From: Eledone cirrhosa
Taxonomy: Eukaryota
DNA: 64,000 nt
Direction: 5' to 3'
Assembly (NCBI GenBank): GCA_964016885.1
Contig: OZ024743.1
Span: 147,436,001 to 147,500,000 of the forward strand
Shown: positions 24,437 to 39,045 of the stretch, piece by piece
Layout of the letters: every line of letters begins with the position of its first letter
Numbering within the stretch: the stretch's first letter is position 1
Position numbers and translations under genes: made by a program
Notes under the pieces: model-generated
Told to the model about the DNA's origin: nothing
What the model saw: the letters and a program-made list of their open reading frames with translations, nothing else
Database searches by the model: none

Positions 24437-25977
24437 ACATACATATATACATACACACATACATATAAAAACGCATACATACGTACATACATACACATAC
24501 ATATATACGTACGTACATACATACATTCATACATACGTACGTACATACATATATACATACATACCTACATACAGGAACAGAAAGAACACAACTAGTTAGG
24601 AAATTACAAGTACAATCCATTAATGGAACAGTAAAATATGTAAAACATTCCAAAAATGTTGCATCTAATACTGCATACACTAGTACAGATTCAAAGCATA
24701 TGCACATGCACAGATACAATAACATCCATATCTACACATGCATACATGCATACATATCTACTTAGTTGATGTGTAAATTCCAATGAGAGACTCTTGTGTC
24801 TATGTTAGAAACCGATTCTCTCTCTATTGGCAAACATTTGTGAAATTATAAACCCAGAAGAACATTCATACATACATACATGCATACATACATAGCTACA
24901 TACATACATACATACATACATACATACATACATACATACATACATACATGGTGGCTGCCAACTTGTTTTCGAGTACGGCCACTACTTTATATCCATGTAG
25001 GAGAACTCCTACGGATGCGCTGAACGAGTGTGAATTTTTAGTCCAGCCGGCGACTTGAAAACTCTGGTACAAACACTACACTTGTGACAATTATTGACAC
25101 ATAGTGCTGGGCCCATGGTACATACATACATACATACATACAATCATACATACATATATACATACATACCGGGCAGATTTATTTTATTCGTTCAGGAAAT
25201 TTAAGAGTATTATGAAAACTCTGGTACAAACACTACACTTGTGACAATTACTGACACATAGTGCTGGGCCCATGGTACATACATACATACATACATACAT
25301 ACATACATACATACGTACATACATACATACATACATACATACATACATACATACATACATACATACATACATACATACATACATACATACATACATACAT
25401 ACATACCGGGCAGATTTATTTTATTCCTTCAGGAAATTTAAGAGTATTATAAAAAGGTCAAATTATATAATTATTTTTCACTTAGTGTTTATCTTCTTTT
25501 TGTCCCCTGAAACAATAGGTACCTAAAAATCTACAAGAGTGACACTGCAACAGCAGAAACAATAACTGCATGCTCACAGACACAGTGAACAAAGCATCAA
25601 GAAGGGATAAAATACAACAGTAAGATCTATATTTGGTAAACGTGTATTAATGTGAGAGATGTGTGCTTGTACAATGTTTTCACGTTAGGAAGCTTGAGAA
25701 GATCACACATAAAGGTAGTAATCGATGTAGAAATGAATTACGACATCACTGGTGCCAAGCTGTATCGACCATTGCCTTTCGCTTCGACAACATCAGTGGC
25801 GTGGAGAGCGGAGAAAATAGTGCCTCAAAGGGGAACTTTCTAGGTGCAAATCCCATGGCCAATCGTGACTGAAGGGGTTCTTTACCCTTTATCCTATATA
25901 TATATATAAGTATATATATACTCTTTTACTCTTTTACCTGTTCCACAGCCATCCGGCTGAGGCCATGCTGGGGCACC

Positions 25978-26038
<61 letters not shown>

Positions 26039-26099
26039 TATGTTTTGAAACAGTGAGCAAGTTTGAAATTAGAAAATAGAATAGCTTTCACCGTATTTT

Positions 26100-26240
26100 T
26101 TTTACTAAATAAATTTTAGCCTGATAGTGGGGTTTAGAACACTCAGAGAAGTGGAAAAAGATGAGTATTGACGTACTCATCTTTTTCCATTTCTCTGAGG
26201 GTTCTAAACCCCACTATCAGGCTAAAATTTATTTAGTAAA
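26100..26240. repeat. ~140 bp hairpin/palindrome
   Basis: About 68-bp arms with 2 mismatches and a 6-nt loop (26168-26173), between TA tracts. Confidence 0.85.
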
Positions 26241-26268
26241 AGAAAAAAAAATATATATATATATATAT

Positions 26269-26789
26269 GGTAAATTTCTTTAAGTAGTTTGGAAGCCTCG
26301 ACAATGCAAATGAGTAAATCTCCGGGTAACAAGATCCGGTGGTGGAGAGAGAGAGATGTAAGTGGGTGTATGTTGAGATGCGTAGCGTGTATAAGACGTG
26401 TAGAGGAATGAAGGAAAGAGCATAAAGGATAAAATAAAATAACAACACGAGAGAGAGTTACCTTGGGAGAGATTTAATTGTCCCTATAAATTTCGGATTT
26501 ACATCCATCAACTGGGGATTTTTTTCCGGGGTGGGGGAAAGGTTGTCTGTCGGAAAGGTGCGAAACGCGTCCTCCGCTGTTCGTTGTTTTGAATATCTTA
26601 GGTATTCAGCAGAGCGGGCGTGCGCGTGAAATGGGGTCGGTCGGGCATAGGTCAGCGGCCGAAGTAGTTCTTTCAATTGTGGGAGTGAGGTGGCGCTATT
26701 ACCCATTTGCATTGTCGAGGCTTCCAAACGACTTAAAGAAATTTACCTTATTATTCCACAATGCTTCAAGCAAACTTCAATACTCTCAT
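26269..26789. mobile_element. GC-rich fold-back-type element between (TA)n tracts, possibly PLE pLTR-derived
   Basis: 26269-26318 is inverted at 26699-26747. Contains GAAACGCGTC (26562-26571), the 3' half of a PLE-type HHR core. Confidence 0.5.
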
Positions 26790-27019
26790 ATATATATATA
26801 TATTTCTGTAAAGCGAAACCGCCTGTAATAGCATTACGAACAGGTAGATATTTAAATATTTTTTTTATTTTTTTAAAGAATTGTTTAATGTTTGTTTGTT
26901 CTGCTCATCTCAATTTTTATAGTTCTGGTATCTCAAATTAGTACCATCGAACAACAATTATATTATAGACACCCTACATATGTCTATGGGTACTTAGTAC
27001 TCAGAGAGATATTTACCTC

Positions 27020-27057
<38 letters not shown>

Positions 27058-27234
27058 TATGTATACGTACATACAGTAGTATGTATATATATATATATAC
27101 ATACATGCACACATATATATATGTACGTATGGGATTACCGAACATTTATTATAATGCTCGGTCTGTTTGTAAACAAACAGCCCGAATTGCGCCGTACAGT
27201 TTTCATACATACATACATACATACATACATACAT

Positions 27235-28200
27235 GATGATGGCTGCCCCCTCGTTATCGAGTATGGCCATAGCACGAGAAAAAAAATATATATACATATA
27301 TATATATACATATATATTAATAACAATAATAATAACAAAAATAATAATAACGACAACAACAACAATAATAATATACATATACATATATATATATATGCAC
27401 ACACACGCACACACATAAACATTTCTATACACACACACACACGATAGCAACTAACAGCGCTGCGATCGAATGTGGCTTTTTAGCCCAGCCAATGATCTAA
27501 AATGTCTTGCACAGAGTCGGCAACCAAAACATTCACTGGGAATAGTCGGCTGTGGTTGGAGTTCGTGTACTTTTGCATGTCGCTTGAGCCCTCCTGCTGA
27601 TTTACATTCTCTAGCACATGCTTGGCAAGCATGATGAGTAGCATCTCCAAAAGCAGCCTGGTAGTCAACCACTGGTCTTACTTTATGACTGCGAAGATGA
27701 CCTTCGAGTCCAGCTTTGCCTAGGCAGAGTCTCGCACAGACGCTGCATGTCAGCACCATAGGGGGACCCTCTCCGCCTGGAAGTGCAACAGCAATGCCCT
27801 TCCTCACATCCCGTTTTACTTTCTCGTATGCGATTCGAGATGCCTCAAAGGCAACATTTCCCTCATATACAGTCTTTCTCCATTTATTACGATCAGCAGC
27901 AATATTTTCCCATGTATCAGCAGAGAGGTTAGCGTCTTTCAAAGAGGCTTTCAAGGAATCCTTATACCTCTTTTTTGGTTTATGTGGCGGTCGTTTTCCT
28001 TTAACTAACTCTCTCCATAAAAGAGTGGTTTGGTATTCTATAATCCTTCATCCTGGCAAGGTGACCACACCAACGGAGTCGTTGCTTAAGCACAAGAGCT
28101 TCTATACTGTCACACATAGAGCTTTCCAAAATCTCGATATCACTGATGTGGTCCCTCCAGTGAACGCCATGGATCCGTCTGAGACACATCTGATGGAAAT
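27235..28200 (-). mobile_element. 3' end of an RTE-clade LINE with C-terminal C2H2 zinc fingers
   Basis: FHQMCLRRI..QRLRWCGHLARM..GKRPPHKPKKRYKD..WENIAADRNKWR, followed by three CxxC..H fingers; (TATG)n tail. Confidence 0.85.
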
Positions 28201-28214
28201 ACATACATACATAC

Positions 28215-28680
28215 ATGGTGCTGCCAACTCGTTTTCGAGTACGGCCACTACTTTATATCCATGTAGGTTAACCCCTACCGAACCCCAACGAGTGTGACTT
28301 TTTAGTCCAGCCATTGACTTGAAAACCCTGGTACAAACACTACGCTTGTGACAATTATTGACACATAGTGCTGGGCCCATGGTACCATGTGACGACAAGT
28401 AAAGGGAGATTTCCAGATATAAAGCAATGCCTGTGCCGTGAAGCTTTTATAGTGAGCAAAGCACTGCACAAAGCCAGTCCCACTCTCTTAACCCAGATGA
28501 TATTAAAGAAGAACAAGTCAACATGATTGGATACCATCAGGGTTGCAGGTCTTATATCAGAGTTTTCCTTCTCCTAGAATTCTGCCTTGACAAAGGCTAA
28601 GGGGTCATTTCTCCCGGTGATTTTGGATGGCCATTGACTCTTAAGAGCTCCTTTGCGCTTTGGACATCCTGCAGGACTAA
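28215..28680 (-). mobile_element. Near full-length non-autonomous RTE-derived element
   Basis: Close match to 24016-24436, with a longer 5' end; flanked by (TACA)n. Confidence 0.75.
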
Positions 28681-29089
28681 AAACATACATACATACATAC
28701 ATACATACATACATACATACATACATACATACATACATACATACATACTTATATTTAGGTATCAGCCGTACTAAGAGTGAGCAATGAAATTTCATTTAAT
28801 TCTTTTCCTTTTATATATATACATATATATATATATATGACCAGGAATGCTTTTTGTGAAAATCAGTCATATGGAACTATTGTCATCTTACCTGACGGTT
28901 TGAACTTTACAACACCACCTGCCTCTTTGAGGTCAAATACCAACCCTACTACCATTTACAAACTGACCAATGAGAATCAAGACTATTCCTGCTGACAACA
29001 TTAAATTATTCCTAACAAGCTCATATGTCCTAAGGCTGTGATACCATCAACACTATAAACATAGAGCTGGCATATCTAAGAACTGACTA

Positions 29090-29145
29090 ACTGCTTGATG
29101 AGGTCATAGCCATTCAATGGCTATCATCGAAATATATATAGCAGT
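29090..29145 (+). ncRNA. Hammerhead ribozyme with a C3U change (family G), in a pLTR-like fragment ~28840-29190
   Basis: actgc-TTGATGA-ggtc atagcca ttcaa tggctat catc-GAAA-tatata-TA-gcagt; homologous to 55364-55418. Confidence 0.65.
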
Positions 29146-29186
29146 AAATAAAGGATTATGAGTTCATGCAATTGACTTATGTTTCG

Positions 29187-29252
<66 letters not shown>

Positions 29253-29382
29253 TAACTGATTTAATTTCTATAGTTCATGACATTTCCAATTGCCCATCTA
29301 ACAAAACAGTTGAAGAATTTGTTCCAATTTTAAAGATTTTATAATTTCTCAGGGTTAGTTTCGATTTTACTACTACTATTAG

Positions 29383-29459
<77 letters not shown>

Positions 29460-30345
29460 TTGTTGTTATTTTTGTTGTTGTTGATGTTGCTGTTGCTGCA
29501 GATGATGATGATGACATGATTGATGCTGATTGAATGATAATGGTGATGATGGCTGATAAATTTGAGAATATTGATGATAAGTGAGAAGGTATCAATGCTG
29601 GGAAATCAGTGATACTGACGACTAGGGCACTTCCATTTGCACGCACCTATATGCACACTTTCTCGGAGACACACAGAAATATATATAAATCACACACACA
29701 TATACATACAAACGCACTCGCCTTATCCACATACATTCACCTACTAATAAACACTTACACACATACGCGTGCGCAAGTCAAAACAGAACAAACAACAAAA
29801 AATGTACTGTCAAAAGTGAAATTCTAGGAATTTTTCACGGAAGCATTTGCGAAACTGTAAAGTTTAAACATAGATTTTTAAGGAGTAAATATGTAGTGAG
29901 ATTTCGAATTCGGTATTTTTTCTGATAGGAAAAGTTTTATGTATAAAATAGTTTTGCTTATATTCAATTATTACTTTTTATTCTGAAAATAGAAAAAGAA
30001 CAGAATTTTGCTTTAAACAACACATTTAACAAGGTTTATTACTTAGTTTGGTTTATTTTAAAGTGCAGTATTTTTATTAGGATTTAAAGCGAGTGCACTT
30101 TTACTGATGGCTAATATGTGGTTGTAGTCTTAATTTTAGTTTCATTATATAGGTGTTAAAAATCACTTATTACGCAATGTTTATTGCATCTTTATGTACT
30201 CCTCAACTTCTCATACAACTTTGAAAAAAAAGACTCCATCCTCCCCAAAAGATCTTGAATGGAAACTACTGTCCATTTGTTGACTGGAATATAACTGAAA
30301 ACGTTGTGTTTGTATAGGGTGTCTAAAACACACGTTAGCCTGGTG

Positions 30346-30412
<67 letters not shown>

Positions 30413-32039
30413 TCACTACCATAACCACTATTACACCATCACCACCATCACCATCATCACTACTAATATAACTGCTAATACTACTACTATGAAGTAATTA
30501 TGACTGAATGCTAAATGAAAACACTATGTAGAACCCTACTTCATATGAGCAAAGCATTGATTATTAATATAAGCACAAGGCAACACTGTTTGTGTTTTTT
30601 GTTTTTTTTTTAGAAATGAAGGAGTAATAGGAGAGCATCTTGACTGTACTGGGATACAACTATCCTATTTACTCATCTAATCTTCCCCCCAAAGTTGAAA
30701 ATCAACTTCAACGTAAAGGGGTGTAATGAAAAAGCATAAAGTATTTTGCCAACGATACAATGGATTGGCAAAATTTGACTAAAGAATTAAATTGGCTGTT
30801 TTCAGTTGCAATCATGTCTTAGCTATTGATTATTGTATAAGTTTAGTGACGAGACATAGCTGAAGTATAATTGCTCCAATAAAAAATTGATACTAAACAG
30901 AACTAAAACCGTAAAATTTTAAAGTCGAACGATTCCCAATGATCCCTCATAATGGACATAAGATATATCACATTACAGAACATGTATTCTAAAAATGTCA
31001 GCATGCACATTAGCTTTGATTATTTCCTGGCCCTAAACAAAGGTCAAGTGGAGCGAATATTAATGTACACATCGATTATATTGAATGGTGTAGCTGCTTC
31101 TCAGCCAAAGGTCAAAAGTCCAATATCTAAATCATTGATAAAGACTAATGCACTAATATACTACAACACACATATATATTAGTTCATCTCTTTACTTTTT
31201 ATACCACTAATATAACTGCCACGAACCCTTTGAACTAGCAAACGTCACATCCTGCATACGCTTTCAAAATATCCCCCCCCCCCCCAATTATGTCACCCCT
31301 ACATCAATTTAACTAGCAGATTTCGCATATTTACATTTTCTCTAACTATCAACGCGTTCGATACTTGGCAACAGGCATCAACGCTTAGTTCAAATTGAAC
31401 ATCAACCACACTAGTCTCGCCAATTTGGGAACACCTGCAAATTGCACTCTTTCACCTTCCCTTCCTTTTCCTCGTCCAATCCTTATAAAATAAAATAGAA
31501 TGTGTGATGTGAGCTAAACAGTATTCATACATTTATGATTATATATTCACTACTGCCAAAAAGTTATTTAAGCCTGCGTTTTCTTCATGAATGCAAAGAC
31601 ATAATTAGAAGACATTTGACTCGTACTGAATTATCAATAACATTATATTTCTTTGGTGGTTGATAACCCTTTTCCATAAAGGCTACAGAAATTATAGCCA
31701 ATTTAACCACCTCATATTAATCTTTAATATATAGATACATTATGTGGTGAAATTCTGACCTGTACAACATTTAATTAACGATATTATGTTCAATCGATTG
31801 GAATTTTTGCATGTATATTGACTTGTTGGACTTTGTTATCGTGTCATACTTTTAGCTATTTTTACATCCACGATGTATTAAACCGGGTAGAGTAATTTGT
31901 GTAGCGTTTGTCTGTAGACCGTTTATCTCGGTAGTTTCTGCTCCAGCTGTTACATTCTATAAACGAAAGCAGCTTGATGTGCCCTGGAAATAAGTCCTCC
32001 TTGCACAAAGGCATCCAAAATTATGGGACTTTCGGTTTA

Positions 32040-33170
32040 AGTTATAATCCAACTTCAGATCAGTAAAAAAAAGTCTCATTCCATGACCGAGGAACGCATC
32101 AAGGCTTCTTCTCTTTTCCGAGAAGTGCAGCCTCGTGAGGTAAGAAGAATACTTTGTTGAACTCCTAAACTTGGTCACAACGACATCTGTTGATGTACAT
32201 GAGGTAGTTCCCGGAGCGATGTCTAACCTTTTGGAGTTTGAGGTCACTATAGCAATTAAAGACCTCAAATATGTCAAAGTTCTGGGGAAGATGAAATTCT
32301 GCGCAACATGTTAATCTCTAAAATAATGAAGGCATTCTCTGGCTGACGTATGCATGTCGGGTGACCTGGATCTCCGGAAATACACCTAAACAATGGCAAT
32401 CGGGAGCGATAATCTCAATTTTTAAAACGGGAGACAAGAGAGATTGCTCTAATTACAGAGGGATCTCCTCGTTAAATCTCCTCAGGAAAGTCTGTGCTAA
32501 ATGTCTAGCAAAGAGATATTATTGTCGACTCCAATCTAGCTGAAGAACAGTGTGGCTTTTTCCCCGAACGCAGCACAGCTGCTGCTATTCAAGAAATTGT
32601 GCGAGTATCACCAAGGGATGTAAGCGTGTTCACGAGCGATAGAAGGTAGAATGCTGAACTACGAGCAAGTATTGCTGGAGCTAGAGCAGCAATGTGCCAG
32701 CTTAAGCATTCGGACACCAGATGAAGGGAGGTAAGTGTAAAAGCCAAACTCCAATGTTGTATTTTTGACAACTCTTACCTATGGTCATGAATATTGGGGA
32801 ATGACCGAAAAAATACAATCGGGAATACAAGCGGCCGAAATGGGGTTTCCCCGAAGTGTCTTTGGAGTAACGTTACTCGATACAGTGCATAGCTCAGAGA
32901 TCAGGGAGTCGTTCTAGGCAGGGCCACTACCTTCCGAATTGAGAGCTATGTACATGTGGACAGAATACCTCAGTAAAGAATCACTGGACAAATATTACGA
33001 GCAAAACTGCTAAATGACAGCAATCATCTCAGTAATGTTGATCTTAGAGTCGGTTGGCATTATGTATTTTCGAGGACACAGTCGGAACAATTAGTGGCGG
33101 TTGCTTCTGACTGAACTCTCTGCAAGGCGTTACTGAGGACTCTGCCCTCACCTCCCTCCTAATAAGAGGA
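32040..33170 (+). mobile_element. Degenerate RTE-type LINE RT fragment
   Basis: TPKQWQSGAIISIFKTGDKRDCSNYRGISSLN, then EEQCGF..RST, and later TYGHE..IQAAEM; many stops. Confidence 0.75.
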
Positions 33171-34906
33171 CAAAGAAATGGAATTGTTTATTTATCATTG
33201 TGTGAAGTATAAAATATGAATTCTGTTAATGTTACTGAATTCATAAATCTATGAATATTCAATATTTTCATCTATTTCATTTTGAAAATTGCAATATGTT
33301 TTCGTAAAATTACTGTTTCATTGCTAGGAAATTATTCCAAATTAAATTTAATATATATTAGAGTAATTTACTCAGCAAAAAAGGAAGCTAGTACGTGGTG
33401 TCTTATTCTACGAGATATAGCAGTCAAATCCCACTGAAACCATAACTTATTTTGATAGATATATCTCTAGATATGCATTGACTATAATCAAAATGGAAGC
33501 GTTCTGGCTGGAATGCATTTGACTGGCGCTTACTTGATTTTAATCTTGCATAACAACAGTAATATTATATTTGTAGTTTCCTTCAATATTTCTCTATCAC
33601 TTGCATATTTCTGTATCACTTGGGCCAAATTTCGCTCTCAGACTTAATCTCCCAGCACGGATATAGAGTTTGAATCTTCTTTCGTCTGAGTCAATTGAAG
33701 CAAACTGAGTAATGTGAGATAAAACTAAAAGAGCACAACCTAGCAATCCGAGTATTATGGTTTAAGCAGATGTAGAAGGAAATTAGATTTCAATATTTTA
33801 ACCTCACAGCCATTTTACATCTGACAAAAATACAAAATATACTGGACATCCTTCTCATTTAAATACACACCCGCATCTGCTTTTGTTACCAATTTTACAA
33901 AATCCTTTTATCCAACCTTCATACATACATTCATAATATAAACATACATATATACATGCATACATAAATACACACACATACGTACATAATTGCTGCAAAC
34001 TCTGCTAAGAGTACTGCAATCGCTTGTAAGTTTATAGAGTTTGGTGGACTTTTAGGCTACGGCCAGTCACACAAACCTGTAACAGACCCTGAACTAGCAA
34101 TGCCTGTGGTTTGAAGGTTTTTTTAAGTGGGGAAAGGCCTTGCACTCGACCAATCCCATTCTCTGGGCATCGCGAACACTACCCGAAAAGGAGAACTGGT
34201 CAACATCATCGGATGCTTCCGAAGCCGCAGGTCATTTAACAGAATTTCTCTCTCCTAGAAAGGTGTTGTGGCAACAACTGAGGGCCTTTCACTCGCAGGT
34301 GAAAAAAAAGCGTTCTATTTCGATGGACATTGACTCAGCTAAGTTCCTTCGCCATTTGCCTAGTCTTGTATTTCATCTTGCAGGGTGTCCAAATATCCCC
34401 CACCTTACCAAGCTAGCTTGGTGGGGTTGCCGGTGTAGTCGCCGACGATCCGACCAAGAGACAGCTTGTACTGGATTACCAGTAGCACCAGAGAGCGACC
34501 TGGCACATACATAATTACATACATACATACTTAAATCGCGCCTCTCTGAGTGTTATTGTTGATCTGTCACTTTTAAGATGTAAGCTCAATAATCATTATC
34601 AGATTGTCTGTTATCACTTAATCCAAAACTGAAGCCGTTGCCAGCTGTCTTCTCAATCGTCTTGCAGTTCTATTTTCATTGTTCTATTTTCTCAAACATG
34701 TCTGCAACGTTCTCATTATCATGACCTTTGATCAACAGCTCTCACTAGAAAGGTTAACAGTAACCTCCCCGAGCCTTTCCTTCGCATTCACGTATGCACG
34801 CACATGAATTTGGTGTGTGAATACACACACACACACATATATATATATATAAACATATATATACATATATATATATACATATATATACATATATATACAT
34901 ATATAC

Positions 34907-34939
<33 letters not shown>

Positions 34940-35128
34940 GATAATTTAATATATCAACTAACATAAGCGCACAGATGCACGCCCATGCCAGCAAATACAC
35001 AGGTTATGTCATAGTACCTAGGTGGTTCAATGCAGGAGAATGCAGAACAATAATATAAAGGACGTAAAATAAAAAAATATTTTTTTAAAAAAAAATTTAA
35101 AAAAAATTTTTTTCTTACTTAAATTTTC

Positions 35129-35210
35129 ACTCCAACTAATTAGTTTCTGCAATGGGATAAAGACAGTTACGTAATTCAACTGTCGAGAATTCATTGCGTC
35201 ATCAGGAAGT
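35129..35210 (-). ncRNA. Type I hammerhead ribozyme (family D, unit 1)
   Basis: Reverse complement of 36247-36328. Confidence 0.8.
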
Positions 35211-35688
35211 CTATTCTCAGTTAAGTCTCCAGGCAATGCGCGGACACTGGCGGCTCATATAAAAATAATAATAATTCGGTAGATCGAACAGCTTGCGAGG
35301 ACTGAATTCTATGTACCGAAATTCTCACTGCTTCAAGTCAAATGGCCGATTCTAAAGAATCAATCACGTGACACAGAGGCTAGTTAGAAGGAATGGGATG
35401 GTAAGATGACTGACGCCTACTAACACCCCAAAAAAAAATTTTTTTTAGAAGTGGTTTTGACAAGTTTGCTCGACAAATCAGTGATTTGGAGATAAATATA
35501 GATAATTTAATATATCAACTAACATAAGCGCACAGATGCACGCCCATGCCAGCAAATACACAGGTTATGTCATAGTACCTAGGTGGTTCAATGCAGGAGA
35601 ATGCAGAACAATAATATAAAGGACGTAAAATAAAAAAATATTTTTTTAAAAAAAATTAAAAAAAAATTTTTTTCTTACTTAAATTTTC

Positions 35689-35770
35689 ACTCCAACTAAT
35701 TAGTTTCTGCAATGGGATAAAGACAGTTACGTAATTCAACTGTCGAGAATTCATTGCGTCATCAGGAAGT
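35689..35770 (-). ncRNA. Type I hammerhead ribozyme (family D, unit 2)
   Basis: Identical copy exactly 560 bp from 35129-35210. Confidence 0.8.
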
Positions 35771-36246
35771 CTATTCTCAGTTTTTAAAATTTTTTTTAAA
35801 TTTTTTTTAAAAAAATATTTTTTTATTTTACGTCCTTTATATTATTGTTCTGCATTCTCCTGCATTGAACCACCTAGGTACTATGACATAACCTGTGTAT
35901 TTGCTGGCATGGGCGTGCATCTGTGCGCTTATGTTAGTTGATATATTAAATTATCTATATTTATCTCCAAATCACTGATTTGTCGAGCAAACTTGTCAAA
36001 ACCACTTCTAAAAAAAATTTTTTTTTTGGGGTGTTAGTAGGCGTCAGTCATCTTACCATCCCATTCCTTCTAACTAGCCTCTGTGTCACGTGATTGATTC
36101 TTTAGAATCGGCCATTTGACTTGAAGCAGTGAGAATTTCGGTACATAGAATTCAGTCCTCGCAAGCTGTTCGATCTACCGAATTATTATTATTTTTATAT
36201 GAGCCGCCAGTGTCCGCGCATTGCCTGGAGACTTAACTGAGAATAG

Positions 36247-36328
36247 ACTTCCTGATGACGCAATGAATTCTCGACAGTTGAATTACGTAACTGTCTTTAT
36301 CCCATTGCAGAAACTAATTAGTTGGAGT
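36247..36328 (+). ncRNA. Type I hammerhead ribozyme (family D, right arm)
   Basis: acttc-CTGATGA-c gcaatg..[branched insert]..cattgc a-GAAA-ctaattag-TT-ggagt. Confidence 0.82.
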
Positions 36329-36395
36329 GAAAATTTAAGTAAGAAAAAAATTTTTTTTAAATTTTTTTTAAAAAAATATTTTTTTATTTTACGTC

Positions 36396-36505
<110 letters not shown>

Positions 36506-38789
36506 ATGTGTGCAGTATACGTTTCTGTATATATATATAAGAATATACCAGATATAAAAGACAAGAAATAAGGAAGAACATGCAAATACGTTAGAAATTA
36601 CAATCAGATTATCCGCGAGGAAAAGAAGAAACGTTCAGTGGGGCAAATCCATATCAGTGAAGAGATTATGATTCTAAGCTTTTCACATTAGCTGCAAGCA
36701 TTTCAGTGCTATGTCTGGTTATATGACACTGAAAGATTCAGCCACCTTACTTAGTTGACTGACTGATCTGTCACAATATTATTGTCTGATTGTCACCTCA
36801 ACGGATAGATTTACATTATATTTCAACCTTAACACTTTCGGGATTTCCTTTTTGTCTTTTACTCTATTTATTCATTCATTTTTGTTGTACTATTCAGTTT
36901 ATATTCGCTATGAAATGGTCACTAAATAATAGGCTATCGATATCTTCTATCTTTTATATTTTATTTATATTTGATAAATATGTTTTTCAAGTGCGTATGA
37001 CCTTACACATAACCTTATGAATAATATCATCAACTTTTCTACTCTTTTAAAATATATTATTTCAGTTGATATGTTGAATGTAGCGGAGGCTTAAAACCAG
37101 TATTTCTAATACGATATTGAAGTATCAATTTTCTCGACAACAACCAGAGTTGGTGTCTATATTTCAGTTCATAATTATTGGCTCTGGTAAAATTTGACAA
37201 ATAAAAGTAAGTATATACGAATTTACAACATTTCATTGATGTAAACTAATTGAGTTGTTCTGAGTTTCTCACTATATAATATATTCTTGCTAATTTCATA
37301 TATCATACTTTGAAAGAGAATAATCCAATCACTCAAAAACACCCTCGCACACATCTGTGCGACGGTCACATGCACCGTGGCCATGCTCTTTGCTGTTACA
37401 TATGTCTCAGTTATGTTCTTGAAGCAGACCTGGCAATCTCTAAAAGCCCAAACAGGGAGTACCATGAAAAGGAGAGCCCCAAATCGAGAAGAAATGAGGC
37501 AAAATGGAGAGAGTTTACATAATGAAATGTATACCGATTTTCACAAGAGAAGACATCTCTCACTCACCCCAAATTGGTTGAGAAATCTCCCCGTTGTACG
37601 AGGAGAGTTGACAGGTCTGTTGAAGTAATGAAGATAACTAACCAGGGAAGGCCTTAACGTTTGTTTGATAAACTAAATAAAGGATAGGAGAAATCAATCA
37701 AGTTATTAAAATATTCAACAAGTATTTAAACGATTGAATAATTGATAAGAATGAGATTTAATATTTGAAAAGTAGAAAAAAGCTGAAATCATAATGATCA
37801 CTTTTTATAAAATTTGATATTTAGAAAAAACAGCCTGAAAAAATAGCTCGTTATTATTCAAAACTTCGTCATTTTGACAAAAACGATTTCATAGGGAATG
37901 CACGTTAATCCACATGGCTGTGGGTCTCTCGTTTGCCTGCAATGCTGAATTTAATTAATCTTTTATATATAGCCAAGTGATGGGGGGGGGGGGGGGGTCG
38001 AGATGAGATTCACTATATTTAAATCAAATGTTCAAGGGTTTTTATATGACTTATACATTGTGTGTGTGAAACCAATGGTAGGTTTGAAAATCTCAGACAA
38101 ATTTTCGAATGAAACTTGAAAAATACTAGAACTCATCGGATGGTATAAGAAATGGTAGAAACAATGATTGCCGAAATAAAACACAGACATACCCTACTCT
38201 AGATGTTTACGACACACAAATTCATTAATTATCTTTAGTTTTTTCTTGCGTAAACAGACATGAAAAGCAAATTGTCTGGAGAGGGAAGTGAATCAGCGTT
38301 GCATACTAGACAGACACACATCAATTTACCGGTGATTATGTTGCTTACAGAAGTGATGTATGACATTATGTTTTCAAACCAATGATGAATCCTTTGCATG
38401 GACACCCGACTTGCACAGCTATATCTGTCTCGAATCACATCTTACTTCTTTAGATAAGGAAATTACACAATATAGTCTTGCATGCACCATGTGAAGATGA
38501 TGGTAACACGTGTAACTTTGACAATAGGTCTACTCGATCAAGAAACAAACAAGAACTAGAAATAAAGCTTGGTGCACTCGGGCGCCGCAGGTTCAGTCTC
38601 TTGAACTGTCACAGAGAGGACGCAATATGGATTTCGGCTCGACATGCTAGGAATATAATGGTTTGAATTATAATTAATCAATTCATTATACACGGAATCC
38701 TTGAAATAATACCAATAACGCAATAAAAATTAAATAAAATAGAATAAGGAAGATAATAGAGAATGGAATACTCACTCATATCAGTTAGT

Positions 38790-39045
38790 TAATACGTGGA
38801 CCGAGACTCAGATTTGCTGGCCACTGTTGGCGCAGCAAGGAAGGAATTGCAGGTGATGTGTTGTTATGGAGTCCATCTCATGGAGCAAGAAACGCTGGTC
38901 GTCCCAAGAAGACATACGTCAAGCAAGTTGAGGACGATGCTGGATGCACTGCGGAAGAACTGGCAATCGCTATGAGAGACAGAGATGGATGGAGGAAACG
39001 TGTCGTAGAAAGCCAAGCCAGCTCGACCTGATGATGATATCAGTT
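38790..39045 (+). mobile_element. Degenerate LINE (RTE/RTE-X-like) 3' fragment
   Basis: RLRFAGHCWRS..GRPKKTYVKQVEDDAGC..AMRDR..W, with a (TGA)n-like tail. Confidence 0.65.
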
